From a plasmid: a DNA stretch of 64,000 nt. The translations under genes and the position numbers were made by a program. This document shows, in pieces, positions 36,313 to 47,138 of the stretch. Below the pieces are notes generated by a model. It ran no database searches, was not told where the DNA came from, and saw only the letters and a list, made by a program, of their open reading frames with translations. Each line of letters begins with the position of its first letter. The stretch's first letter is position 1. The stretch is taken from sequence record NZ_CP093377.1; one strand, given 5' to 3'.

Positions 36313-37669
36313 GGCGCTTATTACGGCAGGGATTGTGTTCTTCTCAGGCCTGGCTGCTCTGCCTGCTCAGGCGGACGTCAATGGTGACCTCAACGGCTTC
36401 TTTGGCAAGCTGGGCTACAGCGGCAACGTCTCTCAGGCGCAGGCATGGCAGGGGCAGGCGGCCGGGTACTTCTCGGGCGGCTCTGTCTACCTCCGGAATC
36501 CCGTCAAAAGCGTCCAGCTGATCTCGATGCAGCTGCCTTCCCTGAATGCCGGCTGCGGCGGCATCGACGCCTATCTCGGGTCGTTCAGTATGATCAGCGG
36601 TGAGGAAATTCAGCGATTCGTTAAGCAAATCATGAGCAATGCCGCCGGCTATGCATTCGACCTGGCTCTGCAAACAATGGTGCCGGAGCTGAAGCAGGCG
36701 AAAGACTTCCTGCAGAAGCTGGCGAACGACGTGAACTCAATGAACATGAGTTCGTGCCAGGCCGCGCAGGGCATCATCGGCGGGTTGTGGCCCGTAACGC
36801 AGGTTTCCCAGCAGAAAATCTGCCAGGACATTGCCGGCGAAACCAACATGTTTGCTGACTGGGCGGCCTCCCGCCAGGGCTGCACCGTCGGAGGACAGGG
36901 CGACAAAGTCACGGCCAAAGCCGGCGATGCAGAAAAAGACCAGGTACTGAAAAACAAAAACCTTATCTGGGACACGCTCAGTAAGAACGGGCTGCTTGGT
37001 AACGACCGCGCCCTGAAGGAGCTGGTCATGAGTACCGTCGGCTCCATCATTTTCAACAAGAACGGCGATGTGACAATCCTGACGCCGCTGGTCGATAACC
37101 GCGACCTGATTAAAGTTCTGATGCGCGGGGGAACAGCGAAGGTCTACGGGTGCGATGAAGCAACACTCTGTCTGGGGCCTGTCGTCACTAACCTGACGAT
37201 TACTGAGTCCAGCGCTCTGGTCACACTGGTCAAAAACCTGATGCTCTCGATGCAGAACAAACTTGTCGATGACAAACCGCTGACCGATCAGGAAAAAGGC
37301 TTCGTGAACACCACCTCTGTGCCGGTACTGAAATACCTGACCAATGCCCAGAGTATGGGGATGAGCGCCACGTACCTCCTGCAGGTTTCCGACTTCATTG
37401 CCCAGGACCTGATGATTCAGTACCTCCAGGAACTGGTGAAACAGGCAAGCCTGTCTCTGGCTGGTAAGAACTTCCCTGAAGAAGCTGCCGCAAAACTACG
37501 CGACAACATCATTCATGCGCAGGGACTGCTGGCCGACATGAAGCTGCAGTCTGCAGCCGATCAGAACGCGCTGGACGGTATCGACCGCAACATGCAGTAC
37601 CTGCAGCAGCAGGTGTCCACCATTGTTTCAGGCTCCTATCAAAGCAACTATCACTGGGGTGATCGCTGA
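36305..37669 (+). CDS. traH: TraH
   Basis: 454 aa with signal peptide. Alignable with F TraH. Confidence 0.9.
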   Translation: MIKALITAGIVFFSGLAALPAQADVNGDLNGFFGKLGYSGNVSQAQAWQGQAAGYFSGGSVYLRNPVKSVQLISMQLPSLNAGCGGIDAYLGSFSMISGEEIQRFVKQIMSNAAGYAFDLALQTMVPELKQAKDFLQKLANDVNSMNMSSCQAAQGIIGGLWPVTQVSQQKICQDIAGETNMFADWAASRQGCTVGGQGDKVTAKAGDAEKDQVLKNKNLIWDTLSKNGLLGNDRALKELVMSTVGSIIFNKNGDVTILTPLVDNRDLIKVLMRGGTAKVYGCDEATLCLGPVVTNLTITESSALVTLVKNLMLSMQNKLVDDKPLTDQEKGFVNTTSVPVLKYLTNAQSMGMSATYLLQVSDFIAQDLMIQYLQELVKQASLSLAGKNFPEEAAAKLRDNIIHAQGLLADMKLQSAADQNALDGIDRNMQYLQQQVSTIVSGSYQSNYHWGDR

Positions 37670-40600
37670 TGCTTGAGATATACACCATTTATGGCGGAGG
37701 AATGTGGAAAACGGCGCTGGACGCCGTTGTCACCCTTGTCGGTCAGAATACCTTCCACACCTTAATGCGTATTGCCGGCACCTTCGGGGTGCTGGCAGTA
37801 TTGCTCACTTTCATCAAACAACGTAACCCGATGGTCTTCGTCCAGTGGCTGGCGATCTTCATGATCCTGACGTCCATCCTGCTGGTACCGAAACGTTCAG
37901 TACAGATAATTGACCTCTCAGACCCGGCTGCGGTGTGGAAAACCGATAATGTACCGGTCGGTCTGGCGGCCATCGCGTCACTGACGACCAGCATCGGTTA
38001 CAAAATGGCATCGGTGTACGACATGCTGATGGCCAGACCTGACTCGGTAACCTACAGCAAGACCGGTATGCTGTTTGGCTCGCAGATTGTGGCGGAAACC
38101 AGCGACTTCACCACGCAAAACCCGGAGCTGGCTCAGATGCTGCCGGACTACGTGGAAAACTGTGTTATCGGCGATATTCTGCTGAACGGTAAATACACCA
38201 TCAATCAGCTGCTCAATTCCACTGACCCGCTGACGCTGATAACCAGTAACCCCAGCCCGCTGCGGGGCATCTTTAAGATGACCTCCACCTCGCGTCAGTT
38301 CCTGACCTGTCAGCAGGCGGCAACGGAGATACAGAAGCTGGCGAATACCGACGTCAATCCGGGCAGTGCGACATTCACCTGGCTGACGCGGAAGGTCTTC
38401 GGCAACAAGCTGAATGGCGCGACGCTTCTGGCCAACGCTATGGGGGAAAGCTACGGATTCTTCTATTCCGGGGGAATGACGGCTGCGCAGATCATGAAGA
38501 ACAACATCACGAACAGTGCAGTTCGGCAGGGAATTAAGGGTTTTGCCGCTCGCTCATCCGATACGGCTAACCTGCTTAATCTGGCCACCGAGAACGCTGC
38601 CACGAAACAGCGTCTCAGCTGGGCGGCGGGTAATGAGCTTGCCACCCGCACTCTGCCGTTTGCACAGTCCCTGCTGATGCTTATCCTGGTGTGCCTGTTC
38701 CCGCTGATGATTGCGCTGGCCGCGTCAAACCACACGCTTTTTGGCCTGAACACCCTGAAAATATACGTTTCCGGGTTTATCTATTTCCAGATGTGGCCGG
38801 TGATGTTCGCCATTCTTAACTATGCCGCCAACTACTGGCTGCAGAGTCAGTCCGGGGGTACGCCCCTGGTGCTGGCCAACAAGGATGTGGTGGCACTGCA
38901 GCATTCGGACGTGGCGAATCTGGCAGGCTACCTGGCACTGTCCATTCCGGTGCTCTCGTTCTATCTGACCAGAGGGGCGGCGGCAATTGGCTCTCAGGTT
39001 ACCGGCAGCATACTCAGTTCAGGGGCATTCACCTCTGCCGGTGTGGCAGCGACCACTGCGGACGGAAACTGGTCGTTTAACAACATGTCGATGGACAATG
39101 TCAGCCAGAACAAGATGGACACGAACCTGGTGCAGCGCCAGGGGCAGCAGACGTGGCAGGCGGATAACGGCTCCACGCAGACGCAGACGGCCGGTGGCCA
39201 CACGGTTATCGACGGCTCAGGCGCAATGTCGAATCTGCCGGTGAACATGAAGCTCAGCCAGCTGGCAAGCAGTGGTTTCCAGGAGTCAGCCCGTCAGTCG
39301 CAGGTTCAGGCGCAGACGGCGCTCGATGGCTACAACCATAGCGTCACCAGTGGCTGGTCGCAGCTCTCACAGCTTTCTAATCAGACAGGTACCAGCGACA
39401 GCCTGACCCGCGGCAGTGAAAACAGCCAGGTCACTAACGCAACGCGCGGCGCCAGCATGATGATGTCGGCCGCTGAAAGCTATGCGAAAGCGAACAACAT
39501 CTCGACGCAGGAAGCCTATAACCAACTGATGTCAAAATCACAGGAAGGCAGTTTCAATGCTGGCGGCAAAATTTATGCCAAAGCTGATTCAGGCGATTCA
39601 GCAATAGGGAAAATTGGCAAATGGACTGTGGGTGCTAGCGGTGGGATTGAGGGGCACATGGGAGTTGAATATAAAGGCTCCGATGGCAGCTCTCATGGAA
39701 CACAAGACACAAACTCTCTTGCTCAAGATATGCGACACGACAAAAACAGTCAGGCAGTTAATGACTTCCGCCAGGGTATGGATATGGTTAAAAGTAGCCG
39801 TATCACCGATGGCGCGAATCATTCCGAGAATGCTGCAAGCAGCAATGTTCAGCAGCTGGCCGCAACGCTTAATGATGCTGAGAGCCAGTATCATCAGTAC
39901 ACCACCAGTTCGACGCAGAGTAGCGAGTTCAGCAGGATGGCCACCATTGCGCAGAACCAGAGCGCGAGCCTCGATACGAACTATACGCAGGAGTTTGTGG
40001 ACTGGGCGGCCAATAAATACGGCGATAAGGCACAGTCCATGCTGACAAGTGCGCCGTCGGCGCGTGAAGCGGCGATGGAGTTCGTAAATGAACGGCTCAA
40101 ACCAGAAATCATGGGGGATTATCAGCAGGGGCGTTCAGATCTTACCAGCGGTCAGGAGCATGCAGCATTCAGTGGGGAGCATATCGTTCAGCCAGCACGT
40201 GGCAGTCAACAGGTATCAGGTTCATCTGGTCATGATGCTGGAGTCAGCTACAGCTCTCAGGATGGTGGTGCTCACAGATCGGGAGGTGTTGGCAGCGCCC
40301 AGACTTACGGAACGACTCAGGGCGCTGAATATGTAGGCCAGCAGGGTGGGAATTATTCTGCCAGAACAGACGATTCTGTTTCGCCGGGTATGGAGCAGTC
40401 AACTATTCATCAAGGACAAGCAGCCGGACAGAGAAGCAGCTCGGGTAATATCACCTCGTCGGCAGGCATGGTTGTTGCCGGTGGACGCACCACGGCAGAT
40501 GAAAGAACCGGCCATATTGCAGAATCGCACTCGGAGTTCCATCATTCAGGAGCCGTCAGGGAGCAAGGAAGCATGCATGGCCAGGAGAGTGAAGTTACTC

Positions 40601-40977
40601 ATAGCCGTTCAGGCATTAATGTTGGCGGTGAAAAAGTACGTGGCGATGCTATGCAGGAGTCATATAGAGAAAATCAGGCTAAGCTGCAGGAACATTCCTC
40701 ACAGGGTTTTGGGCCCCAGAATGAGCTACAGCGCAGAGTGGCGGAACAAAGATCTGAAAATGAGCATAAAATCAACGAATCTGCTGAGGGAATTGGCAAA
40801 AAACAATCCACTGTTCAGGTATCCAGTGATATATTAAGCGGAGAACATGCGAATGCTCAGTCAAAATTCGCAAAAGGATATGAAAGTGAAAAAGGACGTC
40901 AAAATTTCATTCCTGAGGAGGCCAGCGATGCTGATGTTAAAGCTAGGCTTGCCGAAATACGCAGGAAAGCAGGCTAA
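37669..40977 (+). CDS. traG: TraG (VirB6-like N-domain plus mating-pair stabilisation and entry-exclusion C-domain) with an extended low-complexity C-terminus
   Basis: 1102 aa (F TraG is 938 aa). N-terminal polytopic membrane domain conserved. C-terminal ~250 aa rich in Q/S/G/H/E. Confidence 0.9.
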   Translation: MLEIYTIYGGGMWKTALDAVVTLVGQNTFHTLMRIAGTFGVLAVLLTFIKQRNPMVFVQWLAIFMILTSILLVPKRSVQIIDLSDPAAVWKTDNVPVGLAAIASLTTSIGYKMASVYDMLMARPDSVTYSKTGMLFGSQIVAETSDFTTQNPELAQMLPDYVENCVIGDILLNGKYTINQLLNSTDPLTLITSNPSPLRGIFKMTSTSRQFLTCQQAATEIQKLANTDVNPGSATFTWLTRKVFGNKLNGATLLANAMGESYGFFYSGGMTAAQIMKNNITNSAVRQGIKGFAARSSDTANLLNLATENAATKQRLSWAAGNELATRTLPFAQSLLMLILVCLFPLMIALAASNHTLFGLNTLKIYVSGFIYFQMWPVMFAILNYAANYWLQSQSGGTPLVLANKDVVALQHSDVANLAGYLALSIPVLSFYLTRGAAAIGSQVTGSILSSGAFTSAGVAATTADGNWSFNNMSMDNVSQNKMDTNLVQRQGQQTWQADNGSTQTQTAGGHTVIDGSGAMSNLPVNMKLSQLASSGFQESARQSQVQAQTALDGYNHSVTSGWSQLSQLSNQTGTSDSLTRGSENSQVTNATRGASMMMSAAESYAKANNISTQEAYNQLMSKSQEGSFNAGGKIYAKADSGDSAIGKIGKWTVGASGGIEGHMGVEYKGSDGSSHGTQDTNSLAQDMRHDKNSQAVNDFRQGMDMVKSSRITDGANHSENAASSNVQQLAATLNDAESQYHQYTTSSTQSSEFSRMATIAQNQSASLDTNYTQEFVDWAANKYGDKAQSMLTSAPSAREAAMEFVNERLKPEIMGDYQQGRSDLTSGQEHAAFSGEHIVQPARGSQQVSGSSGHDAGVSYSSQDGGAHRSGGVGSAQTYGTTQGAEYVGQQGGNYSARTDDSVSPGMEQSTIHQGQAAGQRSSSGNITSSAGMVVAGGRTTADERTGHIAESHSEFHHSGAVREQGSMHGQESEVTHSRSGINVGGEKVRGDAMQESYRENQAKLQEHSSQGFGPQNELQRRVAEQRSENEHKINESAEGIGKKQSTVQVSSDILSGEHANAQSKFAKGYESEKGRQNFIPEEASDADVKARLAEIRRKAG

Positions 40978-40982
40978 TAGGA

Positions 40983-41561
40983 GTGTATATGGCAATTACA
41001 CAGGCAGATGTTAATAAAGATATTCGTATGTTGGCAGATAGCATAGAAGATGAAAATCGGCCATTGGTTAATCCTGTACAAGCTTTGAAGATAAGTATGC
41101 TGTGGCCATTGAGTTGCGCTGCTGTTTATGCAATTGCTGTCTCCTGGGCTATATATAACTTTACGCCACATATTGATCATTTCGATAATATGACAACCCT
41201 AACAGGCGAGTATGGGTTTGTACTTGCAGCCTGTTCCTTAGCTATTGTATTTTGTCTATTCATAGGTGCGTCACTATATGGTCCTGCGCTTGCATACCTA
41301 TCGCTAAGCGAAGAAGCTAGAGATAAATCTCTAATCATAAGGCGATTAAAAAAAGTTACGTTGAAGGTAGGGGGATTCTTCCTCCTCTGTAACTTAGGGA
41401 TAGCGGTTCTTTCAATTAAATTCCCTTCCGTTTTAGTTATCTCACCATTCTCAATCATTGTATCATTTTTGATCACGCAAGGTGTTGTAGGTGCCGAGGC
41501 TGCTAGATATGGAATTAGTTCAATTTTTGGCAAAGTGAATAAATTAGCTAATAAAATCTAG
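40983..41561 (+). CDS. traS: TraS entry-exclusion inner-membrane protein
   Basis: AT-rich, 4 transmembrane segments, immediately after traG. Confidence 0.7.
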   Translation: MYMAITQADVNKDIRMLADSIEDENRPLVNPVQALKISMLWPLSCAAVYAIAVSWAIYNFTPHIDHFDNMTTLTGEYGFVLAACSLAIVFCLFIGASLYGPALAYLSLSEEARDKSLIIRRLKKVTLKVGGFFLLCNLGIAVLSIKFPSVLVISPFSIIVSFLITQGVVGAEAARYGISSIFGKVNKLANKI

Positions 41562-41846
41562 GCATATAGATAGCAGTGCGGGTTCTATCTTTATTGATAT
41601 TGCTCGCACTTTTTATAACCATTTTAAAATTTAATAGTCATTCTTAAGAGAAAACCTATCGGAAATGATCTCATTTCCTACTACTACCATTGCTCGAAGA
41701 TATAATGGACATGACTCCCCTAAATTTTAGTAGTAATTGACGACAAACAAACTTTTTAACCTAAATTCCCTTTCAAATCTGCCGATAACATCTCTGTTAG
41801 CTCTGTCTCGCTAACGGGGATGTTTTACTATGCACAGGACGAATAC

Positions 41847-42578
41847 ATGAAATTAAAACAATTAGCCGTTGTTGGTCTGGTCGCTTCTGCTCTGGCGCTT
41901 TCAGGATGTGGTGCCATGTCCACAGCGGTGAAGAAACGTAATCTCGATGTCAAAACCCAGATGAGTGAAACTATCTGGCTGGAGCCATCATCAGAGAAGA
42001 CTGTCTATCTGCAGATCCGCAATACTTCCGACAAGGATATGTCTGGCCTGCAGGCACAAATTACAAATGAACTGGCCGCCAAAGGCTACCGCGTCACCAG
42101 TTCTCCGGACACCGCCTACTACTGGATTCAGGCAAACGTACTGAAAGCCGAAAAAATGGATCTGCGTGATGCTCAGGGCTTCCTCAAGACCGGGTACGAA
42201 GGTGCGGCAATGGGAGCGGCACTGGGCGCGGGTATTACGGCGTATAACTCGTCTTCAGCTGGCGCAACGCTGGGTGTAGGGCTTGCCAGTGGCCTGATTG
42301 GTATGGCTGCTGATGCAATGGTTGAAGACGTGAACTACACGATGGTGACCGATCTGCAAATTTCCGAGCGCAGCAAGGCTACCGTTACCACTGATAACAT
42401 TGCAGCTCTGAAGCAGGGAACATCAGGCGTGAAAGTGCAGACCAGCACCGAGCAGGGCAACCGCGCCAAATACCAGACCCGCGTGGTATCCAGCGCCAAC
42501 AAGGTGAACCTCAAGTTTGAAGAGGCGAAACCTGTTCTCGAAGCGCAGCTGGCCAAGTCCATCGCCGGCATCATGTAA
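41847..42578 (+). CDS. traT: TraT surface-exclusion lipoprotein
   Basis: Near-identical to F TraT ([30 protein letters not shown]...). Terminator hairpin at 42583..42607. Confidence 0.95.
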   Translation: MKLKQLAVVGLVASALALSGCGAMSTAVKKRNLDVKTQMSETIWLEPSSEKTVYLQIRNTSDKDMSGLQAQITNELAAKGYRVTSSPDTAYYWIQANVLKAEKMDLRDAQGFLKTGYEGAAMGAALGAGITAYNSSSAGATLGVGLASGLIGMAADAMVEDVNYTMVTDLQISERSKATVTTDNIAALKQGTSGVKVQTSTEQGNRAKYQTRVVSSANKVNLKFEEAKPVLEAQLAKSIAGIM

Positions 42579-42626
42579 CTGCATAGGCGGTCAAAGACCG
42601 CCCGTTTACCAAAATAAGGAATCAGC

Positions 42627-42959
42627 ATGAAAAAAGCAGGAATTGTGTGTTTATCACTGGTCGTGGCTGTACTCACAGGATGTTCCTCCCCAAAATCTAC
42701 CCCGGAAGAACCAGAAATGACAGCTGCACGCCAGTGCTCTGATCAGGTGCTCACCGCTTCAAAAAATAAAGCGGGTACAACGAAGTTAACGTCAATCATG
42801 AAAGATGAAGCCACCATTGTTCGGGTTGGTGATTCTTCTCAGGAAACCCATCTCATCAAGGGATTCCCTTACGTTGAGTCCACGTCTGTTGATAACGGTA
42901 AGCCGGGTTCAACATGGCGCAACTGCATGCAGGCGAAAGGGTTTACTGTTGGTGGTTAA
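42627..42959 (+). CDS. small lipoprotein
   Basis: 110 aa, lipobox LTGCSS. Confidence 0.5.
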   Translation: MKKAGIVCLSLVVAVLTGCSSPKSTPEEPEMTAARQCSDQVLTASKNKAGTTKLTSIMKDEATIVRVGDSSQETHLIKGFPYVESTSVDNGKPGSTWRNCMQAKGFTVGG

Positions 42960-42980
42960 CCAGCTTGGGACAATCGTGAG

Positions 42981-43292
42981 TTAACTGCCCGTCACAAGAA
43001 AATCTACCGCACTGACGATGATATCCCTCATCTCAGGGCAGTAAATGTGAAAATCGTTTTCATCCAGTTCATGCAGATATACGGTCTGGATAAGTTGAGT
43101 CATCAGAATATACCGTTCACCGTCGATCACGATACTGGGGTTGATTTTGCTCATACCTGGCAGAGAAGGTCGCCAGCGAACAAACGGGATAATCACCCGC
43201 GTATTGAGATCTTCAAGCTGACCAGATTGTGCAATGACAAAGTACGGATATTCTTCGTTATCTGGCCGCCGGAATATTGAGCCCTGCTTCAT
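42981..43292 (-). CDS. ccdB: CcdB-family gyrase-poisoning toxin
   Basis: 103 aa, alignable with F CcdB (RVIIPF...; IVIDGERYILMTQLIQTV). Confidence 0.7.
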   Translation of the reverse strand: MKQGSIFRRPDNEEYPYFVIAQSGQLEDLNTRVIIPFVRWRPSLPGMSKINPSIVIDGERYILMTQLIQTVYLHELDENDFHIYCPEMRDIIVSAVDFLVTGS

Positions 43293-43537
43293 TTAAACAC
43301 TCGCAAACCCGCACTACTGACAGGGATCGCATGTTCTTCAGTGAACCGGTTAGTGGCGGCTATAGCCTCTCTGTTTTCTTCCTTCCATCTTATCTGTCGC
43401 TTTTTGCGAACAACATCCTCCAGGGCTGTGTTCAGCGTGGCTGACAGGTTGATGTTTAACATTTTCGCTTCTTCAACCAGAGCGGCATCAAGCGAAATGT
43501 TCGTGTTTTTCTTTCTGGCTCGCATAGCAGTATTCAT
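43289..43537 (-). CDS. ccdA: CcdA-family antitoxin
   Basis: RHH N-terminus, alignable with F CcdA (ARRLRAERWKAENQEGM versus KKRQIRWKEENREAI). Start taken at MNTAM; the upstream in-frame Mets at 43543 and 43570 are also possible. Confidence 0.7.
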   Translation of the reverse strand: MNTAMRARKKNTNISLDAALVEEAKMLNINLSATLNTALEDVVRKKRQIRWKEENREAIAATNRFTEEHAIPVSSAGLRVFK

Positions 43538-43762
43538 GCGCATCACCTCATGTACGTCCAATATGCGCATTACTATAGCGCAGGATTAGCAAATGCCCAA
43601 CTGATGGGCAGCTGTAGCAGAGCGCTTCTGTAGACGATACACAGGCACCGGTGCGTAATTGCCTGATGCCTCTCCACAAACGTTTCGCTTCCTCGCAGGA
43701 CTGCGCCAGGCGCAGCCCTGCCTGCGGCGAGCGTTGCATACACAAACGTAAAGGCATTCACC

Positions 43763-44062
43763 ATGAATACAACATTCCTCTCCCGCACCGTAAACGTGCT
43801 TTTCTTTTCCTTTCTGACTCTGGTCAGCACCATTTATCTGCTGGAAAGATTCGGCGTTGATCTTTTGAAATGGCGGGCCGGGAGTTCATTACTCCTGACC
43901 TATACCTCTGCGCTGTCCGGTGCGGGTTTTGAGTGGGCCAGTGAGCTGAACACCATTGTTATTCTTCTTATTTTCCTGTGCGGCGGCGTGCTGGTTTCCC
44001 TGCTCACGGCTTATCTGTTTCGTGTTATTGGGCTGTTATCGAATCAACTTAAACGTTCGTGA
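43763..44062 (+). CDS. small membrane protein
   Basis: 99 aa, 3 transmembrane segments. Confidence 0.45.
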   Translation: MNTTFLSRTVNVLFFSFLTLVSTIYLLERFGVDLLKWRAGSSLLLTYTSALSGAGFEWASELNTIVILLIFLCGGVLVSLLTAYLFRVIGLLSNQLKRS

Positions 44063-44123
44063 TTCAAAGAAATAGTGAACTGAAGCATGCCCTGTTGCCG
44101 GGGCATTTTCACGGGAGGACATC

Positions 44124-44432
44124 ATGCGTTTTGATAGAACAGAAGGCGATCTTGCCGGTTTATTGCACCTTATCCATCTGGAAAGCGAGCTGATGGCAGC
44201 AAGGGCCTGGATGAATGTATTTGGTTCACTTCCTGAGGGGCAAGGTATGACCATTGTTGCTTTCTGGGCTGGCTATGAATTTACCCTTTATGATCTGGAG
44301 CCCCGGGAGTGGCATTCACCGGTTTATAAGGATGTGGCTTGGTCAGTCCGTTCTGTGGCTGCATACATTAATAAACAGGACTGGGAGGACGGATGTCAGC
44401 AGGCCAGGTATGAACTGAGTCAGATGAAATAA
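44124..44432 (+). CDS. hypothetical protein
   Basis: 102-aa ORF. Confidence 0.45.
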   Translation: MRFDRTEGDLAGLLHLIHLESELMAARAWMNVFGSLPEGQGMTIVAFWAGYEFTLYDLEPREWHSPVYKDVAWSVRSVAAYINKQDWEDGCQQARYELSQMK

Positions 44433-44546
44433 CCAGACGATTGCCCCCCACGCGGTACCACTTTTTTTCATCACCCTTTTCAACGTTTCTTTTCTGATAA
44501 CACACATCACCGCGCAGGTGATGCGATAACTGCCGGACAACACTCT

Positions 44547-47138
44547 ATGAGCTTCGCAGGAAAAAACCTTACCCAGGGCGGGCAGATGACCGCCTACCGC
44601 TGGCGCATGTTCATTCAGGTGAACAACTGGATAGGATTCTGGATCTTCATCCTGTTCGCCGTACTGACTACCGCCATCTTTCTCTGGCGAATCCCTCAGG
44701 AAGCCCTGGATAACGGTTCCCTGTGGTGGTTCGCCAGTATCAACAGCAGCTTTATTGACCTTATGCCGGCATCGGGAACGCCAAAAATCTACGACGTTCA
44801 CTACTGGTATGCGCCGACCGCGACGGCAATGGTGCTGAAAATGACTTTGCCACAGATTTATACCGACCCGTACATGCAGGCGATGGGCGACCAGTGTCTG
44901 CGCGAGCTGCAATGGGCGGCCGGCGCCAGCGGGCTGTTCAGTATGGTGGTGTTTATCGCCGTGACCTGGTTTATCGCGAATATCGGCCGAAAGGAGAGCG
45001 AGGACGAATATCTCTCCGGCATGCAGCTGACCGACAAGCCAGCGGAAGTGAATAAATTACTGCGCAAAAACGGTGAGATCTCTGATCTGCGCGTAGGCGA
45101 CCTGCATATGGTCAGGATGGCGGAGGTACTCAATTTCCTGATGCATGGCACTATCGGGGTGGGGAAGTCGACGCTGATACGCTGGTTACTCGACTACATC
45201 CGCAGGCGTGGTGACCGGGCCATCATCTACGACTCAGGCTGTACCTTTACCGAAACCCATTATAACCCCTCCACCGATATCATCCTTAACGCCCACGATG
45301 AGCGATGTGCCAACTGGCAGATGTGGGGTGAGTGCGTTGACGCGGTCGATTACGACAACCTGGCCGCCAGCCTCATTCCGGTAGAAGGGGAATCCGATCC
45401 GTTCTGGGTATCCAGCTCGCGAACCATTTATGCCGATCTTGCAATTCGTATGTCAACGGACCCGGAACGGAGCATTGAGAAGTTCCTCAAAACCCTTCTG
45501 TCCCTCAGCATGAAAAATCTGCGTGACTATCTGGCCAACACGCCCTCAGCCAACCTGGTTGAGGAGAAGATCGAGAAAACGGCCATTTCCATTCGCTCGG
45601 TGGTAACCAACTACGCCAAAGCCCTTCGCTATCTGCAGGGGCTGGATGACGGAACGAAGCCGCCGTTCACCATCCGCGAGTGGATGACGCAGGAGCGCTA
45701 TGACAGCAGCTGGCTGTTTATTTCAACCCAGGCACGTCACCGCAAGAGTGTACGCCCGCTTATCTCGCTGTGGGTGTCGCTGGCCACACTGATGCTGCAG
45801 AGCATGGGGGAGAACAGCGACCGCCGCGTATGGTTCATTATCGATGAAGCACCCAGCCTGCAGCGCATACCCGAGCTGGCCGAGACGCTTGCCGAGGCGC
45901 GTAAATTTGGCGGCTGTTTCGTGCTGGGCATGCAGAACATGGCGCAGCTGGTTCACGTCTACGGCCGCGAGCTGGCCAAAAGCATCTTTGACCTGATGAA
46001 CACCCGTATGTACGGACGTTCGCCGAGCGCCGAGATGGCCAAAGTGGTGGAAGAGGAACTGGGCAACCAGCGTAAGCGCAAAATCCGTGAGCAGAACAGC
46101 TACGGTCTGGACCAGGTGCGTGACGGTGTGTCCCTCGGTAAGGACGAGGTGAATAACCCGATTGTCGACTACGAGCAGATCATGCGTCTGCCAAACCTCA
46201 ACTTTTATGTTCGCCTCCCGGGTGAGTATCCGGTCGTCCGTCTGAAGCTGAAATACCGCGCGCTGAAGAAACGGCAGGCAGGCCTCATTGAGCGCAATAT
46301 CCGCGATGCGCTCAGTCCGGAGCTTGAGAGGGTTATTCAGGAGAACGAGCGCGCAGCGGCTGCTGCAGGTCTGACGTTCCCGACCGGTGAAGAAGTGCTG
46401 GAGAAGGGAAGCGAAATGTCAGCCGCAGCTGACGGTACGGCTCATGTTGCTTCTGCAGGTACGCCGGCATCATCGCCCGTCGAAAAAAAGACAGCAACAC
46501 CAGAGACAGCGCCGAAGCCTCCTCAGGGCACAGTGCCTGAACGGAAACAGGTTGCTGTCATGGAGCCTGTTATCTCCGGTTCTGCGACAGTCGTACCGGA
46601 AGAGGGGGGCGGAAAACACAACATGGTGACACCTCCTGTCACTGCAGAGAAAAAAGATAACGTTGTTTCTCTCCGTTCTGTTGGCGCAATGAAAAAACCG
46701 ACTGAAGTACCGGGCAAATTACCGGTCTCCCCCGGAGTGACCGGTCACCCGGGTACCGCTGACTCTGTACAAACAATGCCCGATGCCCTCAAGGCCCTGC
46801 GAAACCGACATCATGTACCGGAACCACCTGTCGCCTCACCTCTGAGCATGCTGCACAGGGCACGCCAGCGGCCGGCCTCTTCGGAAAGCGATCCGCAGAC
46901 AGAGGAAAACGGCGGTGAGTCCATGAACCTCGACATGAAAGTGACGGCACTGCCTGACGGCGGCCTGAGTCTGACGACGGCAGGGAAGTCAGTGACACCG
47001 AAAACCCCGGATGAAGCCCACGGTACTCACCGGCAGCTGGCGCAGGAAGAAGAGAACATTTTACTTCACCGTCACGCGGACGACCCGGGTTACGACGAAA
47101 ACGACCATTACTATTACGACAGAGAGCCTGAATTATGA
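44547..47138 (+). CDS. traD: TraD type-IV coupling protein
   Basis: 863 aa. N-terminus MSFAGKNLTQGGQ as F TraD. Walker A GTIGVGKST. Long divergent C-terminal tail. Confidence 0.95.
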   Translation: MSFAGKNLTQGGQMTAYRWRMFIQVNNWIGFWIFILFAVLTTAIFLWRIPQEALDNGSLWWFASINSSFIDLMPASGTPKIYDVHYWYAPTATAMVLKMTLPQIYTDPYMQAMGDQCLRELQWAAGASGLFSMVVFIAVTWFIANIGRKESEDEYLSGMQLTDKPAEVNKLLRKNGEISDLRVGDLHMVRMAEVLNFLMHGTIGVGKSTLIRWLLDYIRRRGDRAIIYDSGCTFTETHYNPSTDIILNAHDERCANWQMWGECVDAVDYDNLAASLIPVEGESDPFWVSSSRTIYADLAIRMSTDPERSIEKFLKTLLSLSMKNLRDYLANTPSANLVEEKIEKTAISIRSVVTNYAKALRYLQGLDDGTKPPFTIREWMTQERYDSSWLFISTQARHRKSVRPLISLWVSLATLMLQSMGENSDRRVWFIIDEAPSLQRIPELAETLAEARKFGGCFVLGMQNMAQLVHVYGRELAKSIFDLMNTRMYGRSPSAEMAKVVEEELGNQRKRKIREQNSYGLDQVRDGVSLGKDEVNNPIVDYEQIMRLPNLNFYVRLPGEYPVVRLKLKYRALKKRQAGLIERNIRDALSPELERVIQENERAAAAAGLTFPTGEEVLEKGSEMSAAADGTAHVASAGTPASSPVEKKTATPETAPKPPQGTVPERKQVAVMEPVISGSATVVPEEGGGKHNMVTPPVTAEKKDNVVSLRSVGAMKKPTEVPGKLPVSPGVTGHPGTADSVQTMPDALKALRNRHHVPEPPVASPLSMLHRARQRPASSESDPQTEENGGESMNLDMKVTALPDGGLSLTTAGKSVTPKTPDEAHGTHRQLAQEEENILLHRHADDPGYDENDHYYYDREPEL

